From: Bacteroidota bacterium
Lineage (GTDB): Bacteria > Bacteroidota > Bacteroidia > Chitinophagales > Chitinophagaceae
Assembly (NCBI GenBank): GCA_031367625.1
Contig: JANLQE010000372.1
Location: 1 to 56,318 of the forward strand
Direction: 5' to 3'
Length of the DNA: 56,318 nucleotides
The notes below the pieces were generated by a model. It was given only the letters and a program-made list of their open reading frames with translations. It had not been told where the DNA came from and did no database searches. Of the stretch, positions 18,016-28,267 are shown in pieces. Both the position numbers and the translations under genes were made by a program. Within the stretch, counting starts at the first letter, position 1. Each line of letters begins with the position of its first letter.

Positions 18016-20898
18016 ATGAATCTTTTTGAACAGCAACAACACGAATTTACGCAAAGACATATTGGGCCAAATGCTGCCGAAGCTGCTGAAATGCTGAATA
18101 TAATAGGTGCTTCCTCTTTAGATGAATTAATAGGAAAAACTTTACCTGCATCCATTAGAATGGAAAAGCCACTAAACACTGGCGGGCCGGTAAGTGAATT
18201 TGAATATTTAACCGAACTGAAAAAAACAGCCTCTCTTAATAAAGTTTTTAAAACCTATATTGGCCAGGGATATTACAACACAATTGTACCCAGCGTAATT
18301 TTGCGTACAGTTTTTGAAAACCCAGGATGGTACACACAATACACACCTTACCAGGCAGAAATTGCACAGGGCCGCCTGGAAAGTTTATTAAATTTTCAAA
18401 CTATGGTAAGCGATCTTACGGGCTTACCAATTGCCAATGCAAGCCTGTTAGATGAAGGCACAGCAGCAGCAGAAGCCATGGCTATGTTATTTAACCATAA
18501 AAATAAAAACCATGACCATATTACAGCTCCAAAATTTTTTGTAGATGAAGCCATATTTGCACAAACAAAAGATATTTTAATAACCAGGGCTAAGCCGGTA
18601 AATATTGAATTGGTTTTTGGCGATTATAAAACGGTATTGCTTGATGAAAATTATTTTGGCGCTATTGTGCAATATCCAAACAGTAATGGGCTGGTTGTTG
18701 ATTACAAAAGATTTATTGATAGTGCACATGCCGTAAACGCAATGGTGGTAATGGCTACCGATTTACTGGCGTTGAGTTTATTAACCCCTCCTGGGGAGTT
18801 GGGTGCAGATGTTGCCGTAGGTAATTCGCAACGGCTTGGTGTGCCAATGGGTTTTGGCGGGCCTCATGCTGCTTTTTTTGCAACCAAAGATGAATTTAAA
18901 AGAAATATTCCAGGGCGTATAATTGGGGTAAGCGTAGATGCACAAGACAACCGCTGCCTGCGCATGGCATTGCAAACACGGGAGCAGCACATCCGCAGAG
19001 AAAAAGCCACCAGCAATATTTGTACAGCACAGGCATTACTGGCAAATATGAGTGCGATGTATGCCGTATATCATGGTGCAGAAGGTTTAAAAAATATTGC
19101 AAAAAGAATTTGCCTGCTGGCCCAAACCTTGAGTAACGAACTGGATGCACTTGGATTTGAAAATGAAAATCATTCCTATTTTGATACGCTTAAAATTAAA
19201 GTAACCGATATTACTGCATTAAAAAAGGCTGCTGAAAACAATGATATTAATTTTCATTATTACGAAAATGCTGTTGGCATTTCCTTAGATGAAACTACTA
19301 CACAGCGTGACATTGTAAATATCCTTCACGTATTTGCGGCTACGCAAAACAGTGATACCGCAGTTGCCCATTTTGATGCAGATACATTGCTGGAAAATAT
19401 TCCTGCATCCCTGACAAGAACATCTGATTTTTTAACGCATCCTGTTTTTAACAGCCACCGCAGCGAAAGTGAAATGATGCGCTATATAAAAAGTTTAGAG
19501 AATAAAGATTTAAGCCTTAACACTTCTATGATTTCTTTGGGAAGCTGCACCATGAAGCTGAATGCTGCTACACAGTTAATACCCGTAAGCTGGCCAGAAT
19601 TTAATTCTATTCATCCTTTTGCACCGGCAAGCCAATGGAAAGGATACCAACAGATTATTACAGAACTGCAAAACTGGTTGAGTAACATTACCGGTTTTGC
19701 AGCCACATCTTTACAACCCAACAGTGGCGCCCAGGGCGAATATGCAGGCCTGCTTACCATCAGCGCTTATCATACAGATAGAAATGAAAAGCACCGGAAT
19801 ATTATTTTAATACCCATTTCGGCACATGGCACAAACCCTGCAAGCGCAGTAATGGCCGGCTTTAAAGTGGTAGTTACTAAATGTGATGAAGCAGGAAACA
19901 TAGATATGACAGATATGAGGGCCAATGCAGAAAAATATAAAAATAACCTTGCAGGCCTGATGGTAACTTACCCGAGTACACATGGTGTATTTGAAGAAAG
20001 CATCAAAGAAATTTGTGATCTTATACATCAAAACGGCGGCCTGGTTTATATGGATGGCGCCAATATGAATGCACAGGTTGGCCTTACCTCACCCGGAAGC
20101 ATAGGTGCAGATGTATGCCACCTGAACCTGCATAAAACTTTTGCTATACCGCATGGCGGCGGCGGCCCCGGCATGGGCCCTATTTGTGTAAATGAAAAAC
20201 TTGCGCCGTATTTACCGGGCCATATTTCTTTAACAAATAGTGATAGAGAAATTCATGCTGTAAGCGCTGCGCCTTATGGCAGTGCCAGTATTTTATTAAT
20301 CAGTTATGCTTATATAAAATTGCTTGGGCCAGATGGACTGAAACAAAGTACAGAGTACGCCATTTTAAATGCCAATTATATGAAGGCAAGATTGCAGGCC
20401 GGTTATAAAATTTTATACACAGGCAAAAACGGCACCTGTGCGCATGAATTTATTGTAGATCTGAGGCCCTTTAAACAAAGCGCAGGCATAGAAGCAGAAG
20501 ACGTAGCCAAGCGTTTGATGGATTATAATTTTCATGCCCCTACCCTTAGTTTTCCGGTAGCCGGAACTATAATGATAGAGCCCACAGAGAGTGAAGACAA
20601 AGCAGAGCTGGACAGGTTTTGCGATGCTATGCTAAGTATTCGTGAAGAAATAAAAGCAATAGAAGATGGCAACGCAGACAAAGCAGATAACCCATTGAAA
20701 CATGCACCACACACACAGCTTGTAATTACAGCCAATGAGTGGAGCCATGCATACAGCAGGCAACAGGCAGCATTTCCTTTGGATTATGTAAAAGAAAATA
20801 AATTCTGGCCCAGTGTAAGCCGTGTAAATAATACACATGGCGACAGGAATTTAATTTGCACCTGCGAGCCTACAAGTGCGTATGCAGAACAAGCATAA
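18016..20898 (+). CDS. gcvP: Glycine dehydrogenase (decarboxylating), P protein
   Basis: [52 protein letters not shown] (PLP Lys). Confidence 0.98.
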   Translation: MNLFEQQQHEFTQRHIGPNAAEAAEMLNIIGASSLDELIGKTLPASIRMEKPLNTGGPVSEFEYLTELKKTASLNKVFKTYIGQGYYNTIVPSVILRTVFENPGWYTQYTPYQAEIAQGRLESLLNFQTMVSDLTGLPIANASLLDEGTAAAEAMAMLFNHKNKNHDHITAPKFFVDEAIFAQTKDILITRAKPVNIELVFGDYKTVLLDENYFGAIVQYPNSNGLVVDYKRFIDSAHAVNAMVVMATDLLALSLLTPPGELGADVAVGNSQRLGVPMGFGGPHAAFFATKDEFKRNIPGRIIGVSVDAQDNRCLRMALQTREQHIRREKATSNICTAQALLANMSAMYAVYHGAEGLKNIAKRICLLAQTLSNELDALGFENENHSYFDTLKIKVTDITALKKAAENNDINFHYYENAVGISLDETTTQRDIVNILHVFAATQNSDTAVAHFDADTLLENIPASLTRTSDFLTHPVFNSHRSESEMMRYIKSLENKDLSLNTSMISLGSCTMKLNAATQLIPVSWPEFNSIHPFAPASQWKGYQQIITELQNWLSNITGFAATSLQPNSGAQGEYAGLLTISAYHTDRNEKHRNIILIPISAHGTNPASAVMAGFKVVVTKCDEAGNIDMTDMRANAEKYKNNLAGLMVTYPSTHGVFEESIKEICDLIHQNGGLVYMDGANMNAQVGLTSPGSIGADVCHLNLHKTFAIPHGGGGPGMGPICVNEKLAPYLPGHISLTNSDREIHAVSAAPYGSASILLISYAYIKLLGPDGLKQSTEYAILNANYMKARLQAGYKILYTGKNGTCAHEFIVDLRPFKQSAGIEAEDVAKRLMDYNFHAPTLSFPVAGTIMIEPTESEDKAELDRFCDAMLSIREEIKAIEDGNADKADNPLKHAPHTQLVITANEWSHAYSRQQAAFPLDYVKENKFWPSVSRVNNTHGDRNLICTCEPTSAYAEQA

Positions 20899-20935
20899 TT
20901 TTATAAATTATTAAGCCTTCAAATTGCAGGTTTCT

Positions 20936-22012
20936 TTATATTCTGTAACACACAGCATTAATATTCATACCTGCACCAACAGATGCAAACAATACAACAT
21001 CCCCGGCAGAAAGATGATGCTCAGGCATTTTATTTTTTCTTACCATATCAAATAAAGTAGGCACAGTAGCCACACTGCTGTTTCCTAATTTTTGAATACT
21101 CATAGGCATTATACCTTCAGGTGCAGGCGTATTGCCATATAATTTATACATTGCTTTAATAATGCCCTGATCCATTTTTTCATTAGCCTGGTGAAGGAAA
21201 ACTTTCTTTAAATCTTTAATATCAATCCCTGCTTTATCAAGGCAATCCTTCATTGCTACCGGTACATTTTTCATAGCATATTCATACACTTTTCTACCTT
21301 TCATTTTTATATAACGGATGCGTGGGTCGCTATCGGGATAATTTGATTTACCCAGATTAAGATAGTTTACTTCATCAATACAATCTGCCCGCATGGATGT
21401 AGATAGTATGCCTGCACCATTTTGGGAAACCTCTTTTACTTCCAAAACACATGCGCCTGCACCATCAGAAAAAATCATACTGTCCCTGTCATACATATCC
21501 AGTACACGGCTCAAAGTTTCGGTACCAATTACCAAACATTTTTTTGCAACACCTGCTTTAAAATAAGCATCTGCCTGTATAATTCCCTGTATCCAGCCTG
21601 GGCAGCCAAATAAAATATCATACGGTATGCAGGAAGGATTTTTTATTTGAAGGGCATGTTTTACCCGGCTTGCAAGAGCAGGCAACAGATCTGTTTGTAT
21701 AGTATGTTTTATTACATTGCCAAAATTATGTGCAACAATTATCTGGTCAATTGTCTCGGGGTCGCACCCTGCATCTTCAATAGCAATTTTAGCAGCAATA
21801 ACCGCCATGTCAGATGAATCCATATCAGCAGTGGCGTACCTGCGTTCTGCTATGCCCGTTATCTGTTCAAATTTTTTTACTACTTCCTGAGGATCTGCTT
21901 CAATCTTCACATTATCTTCTGCATAAAAATTGTGTACGGTAAAATCTGCATTCGTTTTTATTACCGGTGGTATATAACTGCCGGTGCCTGTAATTACAGC
22001 GTTTACTTGCAT
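20936..22012 (-). CDS. fabH: 3-oxoacyl-ACP synthase III family (FabH-like)
   Basis: GTGSYIP, FGCPGW (Cys), FSDGAGA, HQAN, GNSS, SVGAGM. Confidence 0.88.
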   Translation of the reverse strand: MQVNAVITGTGSYIPPVIKTNADFTVHNFYAEDNVKIEADPQEVVKKFEQITGIAERRYATADMDSSDMAVIAAKIAIEDAGCDPETIDQIIVAHNFGNVIKHTIQTDLLPALASRVKHALQIKNPSCIPYDILFGCPGWIQGIIQADAYFKAGVAKKCLVIGTETLSRVLDMYDRDSMIFSDGAGACVLEVKEVSQNGAGILSTSMRADCIDEVNYLNLGKSNYPDSDPRIRYIKMKGRKVYEYAMKNVPVAMKDCLDKAGIDIKDLKKVFLHQANEKMDQGIIKAMYKLYGNTPAPEGIMPMSIQKLGNSSVATVPTLFDMVRKNKMPEHHLSAGDVVLFASVGAGMNINAVCYRI

Positions 22013-22100
22013 GAGCTTTTTTGACTAAATGAATAATAAGATTTTTTAAAATTACTCATTAAATTAATATTCCTGTTTTTAAAAACGGAAAGTTTTAAAA

Positions 22101-22676
22101 TTATCTGGAAATCTGTGGTAAAATCATTGGCACAGATTGTTGATAGCTGATGTATGATTTTCCAAATTCTTCTACAAGTTTCTTTTCTTCTAAATTAATG
22201 CCCCATAAAGTATAAACCACAATAATTATAAATGCTATAAGGTTACTAAAAAAAGGGAAAGCTAATACCCCACCCGCCAAAAAAATAAAGGTGCCCAAAT
22301 ATAAAGGGTGCCGTACATAGCGATGAATTCCTGTGGTAACCAATACCGGCTTGATATTTTTTATTCCGCTTAACTGTTTAAAATATCCATTAATGCAGAT
22401 GGCCATTATAAATATTCCTGACACTATAAAAAAGATGGATAAAACTTTTATAACAGGAGATTTCTTAAATAGGAGGGAAGATTCCATATTTACCTGAAAA
22501 ATAATTATTAATATTAAACCAGCCAGCGCAAACAAATTATAAGCCAACCGGTACCAGCGGTTACTGATGCCGGTTTTTAACTGTAGGTTTGTTTTAATAC
22601 GGCTATTGGCCAGTAAACTGTGCAAAAAACAATAACCAATCCATAAAAAACATAAAACAATGTAACTGTAAACCAT
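22101..22676 (-). CDS. Isoprenylcysteine carboxylmethyltransferase/NnrU-like membrane protein
   Basis: LHSLLA, YRLAYN, LVTTGIHRYVRHPLYLG, EEKKLVEEFG..Y..YQQSVPM. Confidence 0.85.
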   Translation of the reverse strand: MVYSYIVLCFLWIGYCFLHSLLANSRIKTNLQLKTGISNRWYRLAYNLFALAGLILIIIFQVNMESSLLFKKSPVIKVLSIFFIVSGIFIMAICINGYFKQLSGIKNIKPVLVTTGIHRYVRHPLYLGTFIFLAGGVLAFPFFSNLIAFIIIVVYTLWGINLEEKKLVEEFGKSYISYQQSVPMILPQISR

Positions 22677-22787
22677 ATTTATTATACTGCCAAGATAAGT
22701 GCCAATTTTGTTTTAAAAGAACTTTATCCATGTATTAAAAGGTAAACCCATATATTTGCACTTTATTAATACAATACAAAAATTAAA

Positions 22788-22991
22788 ATGGACACAAAAA
22801 ATCAAGGCACCGTAAAGTTTTTCAATTCTGAAAAAGGTTTCGGTTTTATTAAGCATGACGATTCTGACAAAGAAACTTTCGTACATGTAAGCGGACTTAT
22901 CAATGACATCAAAGAAGGTGACAAAGTTGAGTTTGAACTTCAGAATGGTAAAAAAGGAATGAATGCTGTTAATGTAACAGTTGTAGGATAA
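22788..22991 (+). CDS. Cold-shock protein (CspA family)
   Basis: GTVKFFNSEKGFGFI (RNP1), FVHVS (RNP2); TATATTTG promoter at 22751-22758. Confidence 0.96.
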   Translation: MDTKNQGTVKFFNSEKGFGFIKHDDSDKETFVHVSGLINDIKEGDKVEFELQNGKKGMNAVNVTVVG

Positions 22992-23016
22992 ATGTAAAGT
23001 CATTTAAATTTCTTAA

Positions 23017-23047
23017 GGGTTACTGCAAAACAGTAACCCATTTTTTT
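23017..23047 (+). terminator. Intrinsic terminator after csp
   Basis: GGGTTACTG-CAAAA-CAGTAACCC, then a T run. Confidence 0.88.
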
Positions 23048-23165
23048 GCCTGGTATTATTCATACCCGGCATTTTTTTTATACTACAACACTAAAAAAAT
23101 TCAATCCAAACTTTACTTTATCACAGAAAAAATGTTGGGATCAGTTAGTTTTGATAAAAAAATAT

Positions 23166-24017
23166 ATGAAAAAAGGATTATTAATTATTGGTATTTTTCT
23201 TTCTGTTACTTCTTCAGCACAAAAAAAGCAATCTGTTTCTTTTGCAAAAAATCTATCGTTAAAAAAAGGACAGCAAATTATTATTACTACTACTGCCACA
23301 CAAAGTGCAGAGATGACTATGGGTATGGGCATGAAGAGTGCATCTACAACTGTTAATAAAATAACTGTGCTTGATGGTGGCGAAAAAGATTATAAAGTAT
23401 CCGGCACTCTTACCAAAATGTTACTTACCAGTGATATGATGGGGCAGCAGATTAATTTTGATTCAGAAAAAAAAGAAGACAGGGATTCTGAATTTGGCAA
23501 AACGGCTTCTGCACCGCTTGATAAAATAAAAATATTGATTGTAAATAAAATTACCGGAACCGCAGTTTTATTACAACCCGATACGGTATCAGTTGATAAG
23601 GATACTAACCCTTTGGCAGGCATGATGGGCGCTGTATTGAGCGGCAACGATGCAGCCATTGTATCCAGTGCATTTTTTATAATTCCGGCCAGTAAAAAAG
23701 CCGGAGATAAATGGACTGATTCCTTAAACTCTGAAGGCATTAAAACGGTAAATATTTATTCAATTGAATCCATTGAACAAAATATTGTAACCATTGCCTT
23801 AAATACAATCATTACCGGCAATACCAGTATAGAGGCGCAGGGTACAACTTTTAATGTAACAATGAATAGTACAGGTTCAGGAAAAATTGTTGTGGACAGC
23901 AACAGCTTTCTTGTAAAAAAACGCACTACCAATGCTGATATAAACAGTACTATAGAAATGATGGGCCAATCTGTGCCGGTTACGGGAACAGCTACTACAA
24001 CAAGTATTTATGAATAA
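23166..24017 (+). CDS. Secreted hypothetical protein (DUF6263-like; start revised to ATG 23166)
   Basis: MKK signal peptide ending SSAQ; MMGQ..FDSEKKED; GDKWTDS; beta-rich. Confidence 0.65.
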   Translation: MKKGLLIIGIFLSVTSSAQKKQSVSFAKNLSLKKGQQIIITTTATQSAEMTMGMGMKSASTTVNKITVLDGGEKDYKVSGTLTKMLLTSDMMGQQINFDSEKKEDRDSEFGKTASAPLDKIKILIVNKITGTAVLLQPDTVSVDKDTNPLAGMMGAVLSGNDAAIVSSAFFIIPASKKAGDKWTDSLNSEGIKTVNIYSIESIEQNIVTIALNTIITGNTSIEAQGTTFNVTMNSTGSGKIVVDSNSFLVKKRTTNADINSTIEMMGQSVPVTGTATTTSIYE

Positions 24018-24048
24018 ATTATTTTTGTAAAAATTAATTTACGGATTC

Positions 24049-25284
24049 TTAATCACCGAAATTTTTTACAGATTTTACATTAACTTTTTTTTGCAGCCAA
24101 TAGTAGCCACCTGCTGCTGCAATGCAAATGCTGCAAACTAAAAACCACAGATTAAAGAACCCAAATTTAAAAGCAATAAAAGAGCCGCTGCTGCTGCCAA
24201 TAACCTGTGCAGCACTCCAAGCCATGGTGTACATACCGGCATATTGGCCACGGGTTTGTTCTGTGCTGCGGGATATATAATATGAATTCATAAACGGCAT
24301 AGAGATCATTTCGGCCACTGATATTACCAGCATTGCAAATAGTGCAACAAGCAGCCCGTTGTGCAGTGGAAGGTTGAGTGCTAAAAAAGCGCAGCCGAGT
24401 AAAATAGTTCCGTAACGCATTAAAACAAGATACGGCCGCCTGCCTTCTAATTTAAACACAATTATCATTTCAAAAATGGCAATCAGCAGGCCGTTTGCTG
24501 CCATTACCACCCCAATCCAAAATTCATTTAAATGCAGGTGCTCTTTAAAAAATAAAGGCACTGTAGTAAATAACTGAAAGAAACAAATAGCAAATAAAAC
24601 CTGGAAGAAAAGAAAGTATAAAAATGTTTTATCAGCAAAATAAGAATTTTTTTTAGGCGGGGAGTTTTTTTCTTCAGAAATATTTTGCTGCTGATACAGC
24701 GTAACTTTTGGCAAAATAATAAGCAATAATATAGCTGCGGAAATATTGGTGAACCCATCTACCCAAAACAATAAATGATAATTGATAGAGGCAAGAAAGC
24801 CACCCAATGCACTGCCAATACCCCACCCCAGATTTATTGCCAGCCTTACCAAAGAAAAAGATTGAGTACGGTTTTGCGGTGTGCTGTAATGAGCAATGGC
24901 AGAAGCATTGGCCGGCCGAAAAGATTCATTTACCATACTTAATATAAATGTGCAAATGCAAATGGATACATAACTGTTCATTTGGCCAAGCACGATAAAT
25001 AAAATACCGCCGCAGAATAACGCTGCAAACTGCATATAATAAAAACCAAATCTATCGCTTAGTTTGCCGCCGATTAAAGCACCCGCTACAGCCCCGATGC
25101 CATAAATAGCAACTATCCATCCACCCTGTTGTATAGTAAAACCAAGGTGCCTGCTATACAAAGTCATAAAGGCAAGCACCATTGTACCGCTTCTGTTTAT
25201 AAGCATTACAATACCAAGCAACCATATACGGTGCGTAAGCCCCCTGTAGGCCTGCCTGTATAAATTTCTGGTTGCCGTAATCAT
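24049..25284 (-). CDS. MFS transporter
   Basis: INRSGTMV, GGKLSDRFG (motif A), INLGWGIG, RGQYAG. Confidence 0.9.
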   Translation of the reverse strand: MITATRNLYRQAYRGLTHRIWLLGIVMLINRSGTMVLAFMTLYSRHLGFTIQQGGWIVAIYGIGAVAGALIGGKLSDRFGFYYMQFAALFCGGILFIVLGQMNSYVSICICTFILSMVNESFRPANASAIAHYSTPQNRTQSFSLVRLAINLGWGIGSALGGFLASINYHLLFWVDGFTNISAAILLLIILPKVTLYQQQNISEEKNSPPKKNSYFADKTFLYFLFFQVLFAICFFQLFTTVPLFFKEHLHLNEFWIGVVMAANGLLIAIFEMIIVFKLEGRRPYLVLMRYGTILLGCAFLALNLPLHNGLLVALFAMLVISVAEMISMPFMNSYYISRSTEQTRGQYAGMYTMAWSAAQVIGSSSGSFIAFKFGFFNLWFLVCSICIAAAGGYYWLQKKVNVKSVKNFGD

Positions 25285-25290
25285 TTAAAA

Positions 25291-25731
25291 TTATTTTGTG
25301 TAAATGAAAAAATCCGTTCCCTTAGGTATCTCATCAAATATTTTTGAAACTACTTTTGGTGGTAAGGCGAGTTTTCTTTTTTGTGTATCTATCCATGCAC
25401 CATCAATATTAATAACTGCAGAAAGTATTTCTTTACTCTTCCAAATTTCATGCACCATACTCCATCTGCTGTAATCAGAAGATCTTTTTTTGAGTATTAC
25501 ATTTATTTCAATTTCATCTCCAAAAGTAATTTCTTTTTTAAAAACACATTCTTCTCTAAATAGTATTGGGCCTATATTGTACTGCTGCATCACTGCCGGT
25601 GTAAGGCCGTGATCTACCAGAAATGCCATACGGCAATATGCACCAAAATCATAATATTTTGAATGCAGCACATGAAAATTTGGATCAAGATCAGCCCATC
25701 TTATTTCTACTTTTTTACTAAACTGTGTCAT
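25291..25731 (-). CDS. Acyl-CoA thioesterase (4HBT/hotdog fold; start revised to ATG 25731)
   Basis: IRWADLDPNFHVLHSKYYD, GPILFREECVFKKEI, GAWID. Confidence 0.88.
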   Translation of the reverse strand: MTQFSKKVEIRWADLDPNFHVLHSKYYDFGAYCRMAFLVDHGLTPAVMQQYNIGPILFREECVFKKEITFGDEIEINVILKKRSSDYSRWSMVHEIWKSKEILSAVINIDGAWIDTQKRKLALPPKVVSKIFDEIPKGTDFFIYTK

Positions 25732-25800
25732 CGGGTAATTTTTAAAAAAAATCCTTTTCATAAAATTATGAAAAGGATTTATAAAATTATTCAGGTAAAA

Positions 25801-27453
25801 TTATTTATACAAAATTTCATAATATTCTTTTGCCATACGGTTACTGTCAAACTGCCAGCGCACATCCCTCATACCATTTTTTACAATCTGCCTCCACACG
25901 TGTGGGTTATCGTAATACATTGGCAAAATCTGGTTCTCTAAAATATCATACATTTTGTCCAGATCATATTCATCCTGCTCATGCACCGACATTTTTGAGT
26001 AATCAGCAGGTGGTATTAAAAAACCATTGTTACCGTGATTAATAAATTCGCAGATCCAGCCATCATTGGTACTGAAATTTACGGAGCCGTTCATAGCAGC
26101 CGTCATACCGCTTGTGCCACTGGCTTCCCTGGGTACCCGTGGATTATTCAGCCATACATCCGAAGCCTGTTTTAATCTTTTACTCAGGGCAAGTTCGTAG
26201 CCGGTACAAACTGCTACATTATCATATTTTTTGCTGAGATCCACCAAAAAATTAAAATCACTGATAGCGGGATAATCAACGGGGTAAGGCTTTCCGGCCC
26301 ATATTATTTGTACGGGTTGCTGAGGATTGGTTAATAATGCCCGAAACCGTTCTTCATTCCTGGTAATTAATTCTGCACGTTTATATCCTGCAAACCGGCG
26401 GGCCCATACAATGGTAAGTACATCGGGGTTCAGCAATTTTCCTGTTTGGTCTGCAACTAATTCAAAAGCTCTTTTCTTTAAATATCTTTTACGGTCTATA
26501 AATGCATCAATATTATGATCATCAATAAAATGATATAATTGTTTATCGGCCCAGTAATGCCAGTTTTGAGCATTGGTAATAGATTTTATTTCGCAAATAT
26601 CTTCGTACCTGCTCCACATTTGCCTGCTCACTTCTCCATGCAACTGACTTACCCCGTTTGCTAATTTTGCAAAGCGCAATGCCGCCAGTGAATGGTTAAA
26701 CTGATCATCTGTAATACCTGTAAGTTTGCGTACATCTGCCAATGACAATCCGCAGAAATATCCCATTTTTTCGCATAAATAAATATCATGCTTTTCGTTG
26801 CCTGCTTCTTCCGGAGTATGCGTGGTAAACACGAGCCTCTTTTTAACCTCATCAGCACTTCCATATTTTTTATACAAATAAAAAGCAGCGCTTACGGCAT
26901 GAGCTTCGTTTAAATGATATAGCTCAGGATTAAAATTTAATTCATCTATCAATTTTGCGCCGCCTACACCCAATAAAATAAACTGTGCTACTTTGGTAGC
27001 CACATTAGCATCGTATAGTTTATGACAAATGGTTTGTGATACATAATCATTTTCCGGTAAATCGGTACTTAATAAAAATAAAGGAGCAGATTTAAAAGTT
27101 TCAGGATTAAGGTAAAAAACCTTTACCCATACCGGGTGCTCATGAATATTTATCTGAAATTTAATGCCGGTATCCTGCAAAAAATTATAAATCTTTTCAT
27201 TCCATTGCACCTGCAGGGTCTGGTCGGGATTACGTGCCTGGTCATAATAACCATATTTCCATAAAATGCCGATGCCTATCAGGTTTTGTCTTAATTCGTA
27301 GGCACTGCGTAAATGAGAACCACTTAAATAACCAAGTCCGCCGCTATAAATTTTTAAAGGCTGCTGCACTGCAAACTCCATAGAAAAATAAGCTACCTTT
27401 TTAGTAAACTCCGGGGCTATCTCAAAAGGCACTTCATATTCAGAAAAATTCAT
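25801..27453 (-). CDS. glgP: Alpha-glucan phosphorylase (GT35), short form with Thr at the PLP-Lys position
   Basis: VAYFSMEF, YSGGLG, HLNEAH, FTTHTP, NGVSQLHG, ARRFAGYKR, DVWLNNP, EASGTSGMTAAMNG. Confidence 0.9.
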   Translation of the reverse strand: MNFSEYEVPFEIAPEFTKKVAYFSMEFAVQQPLKIYSGGLGYLSGSHLRSAYELRQNLIGIGILWKYGYYDQARNPDQTLQVQWNEKIYNFLQDTGIKFQINIHEHPVWVKVFYLNPETFKSAPLFLLSTDLPENDYVSQTICHKLYDANVATKVAQFILLGVGGAKLIDELNFNPELYHLNEAHAVSAAFYLYKKYGSADEVKKRLVFTTHTPEEAGNEKHDIYLCEKMGYFCGLSLADVRKLTGITDDQFNHSLAALRFAKLANGVSQLHGEVSRQMWSRYEDICEIKSITNAQNWHYWADKQLYHFIDDHNIDAFIDRKRYLKKRAFELVADQTGKLLNPDVLTIVWARRFAGYKRAELITRNEERFRALLTNPQQPVQIIWAGKPYPVDYPAISDFNFLVDLSKKYDNVAVCTGYELALSKRLKQASDVWLNNPRVPREASGTSGMTAAMNGSVNFSTNDGWICEFINHGNNGFLIPPADYSKMSVHEQDEYDLDKMYDILENQILPMYYDNPHVWRQIVKNGMRDVRWQFDSNRMAKEYYEILYK

Positions 27454-27578
27454 ATTTTTTATAATTTATTTGGGTGCAATATAAATCGTAATTAATAAAT
27501 AAAAATCCGCATCTGTTTTAATTTATAATTATTTACTCACAGTTAATTATATTAAATTTTGAATATTTAAAATTTATT

Positions 27579-27594
27579 TTTAGATTTGTCTAAA
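27579..27594 (+). promoter_or_regulatory. Putative MntR/DtxR operator TTTAGA-TTTG-TCTAAA
   Basis: Palindrome 16 nt upstream of the mntR start; contains a TAGATTTG -7-type box. Confidence 0.7.
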
Positions 27595-27610
27595 TTTATT
27601 TTACAATCAA

Positions 27611-28267
27611 ATGAAATTTTCAACCAGCGAAGAAAACTATATAAAAAATATTTTCCTTTTGCAGGAGATGCATGAGGCGGTATCTGCTACCATGCTTGCA
27701 CTGGCCGTAAATACCAGGGCAGCATCTGTAACCGATATGCTGAAAAAGCTTCATGCAAAAAAAATTATTAATTACAGGCCATACAAAAATTTTACGCTTA
27801 CTGAGCCAGGAAATAAAATTGCGCTTGACATAATAAGAAAGCACCGCTTATGGGAATATTTTTTAGTAAATAAACTGGGCTTTAAATGGGATGAAGTACA
27901 CGTAATTGCCGAAGAACTGGAACACATCAGCAGTGCAGCATTAATACAGCGGCTGGATGAATATTTAGAACATCCCTGTATTGATCCGCATGGTGACCCT
28001 ATACCGGACAAAAACGGAAAAATTAAAATCTTAAAGCAAAGCAGCCTTATTTTATTACCAATAAAAAAATCAGGTACAGTAAGTTCTATTAAAGATCAAA
28101 GTGTGCAAATGCTTGAATTATTAAAACATTACAACATAAGCATAGGCACAAAATTGAAAGTAAATAAACGCTTTGATTTTGATGGCTCTGTAGAAATAAA
28201 AATTGATAAACTGCCTGTTGCGGTTTTAAGCGAACAGGTTGCAAAAAATATTTTTTGTATTGTATGA
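27611..28267 (+). CDS. mntR: DtxR/MntR family metal-dependent repressor with FeoA-like C-terminus
   Basis: SEENYIK, ASVTDMLKKL, RKHRLWEYFL, AEELEH, DPHGDPIP. Confidence 0.93.
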   Translation: MKFSTSEENYIKNIFLLQEMHEAVSATMLALAVNTRAASVTDMLKKLHAKKIINYRPYKNFTLTEPGNKIALDIIRKHRLWEYFLVNKLGFKWDEVHVIAEELEHISSAALIQRLDEYLEHPCIDPHGDPIPDKNGKIKILKQSSLILLPIKKSGTVSSIKDQSVQMLELLKHYNISIGTKLKVNKRFDFDGSVEIKIDKLPVAVLSEQVAKNIFCIV

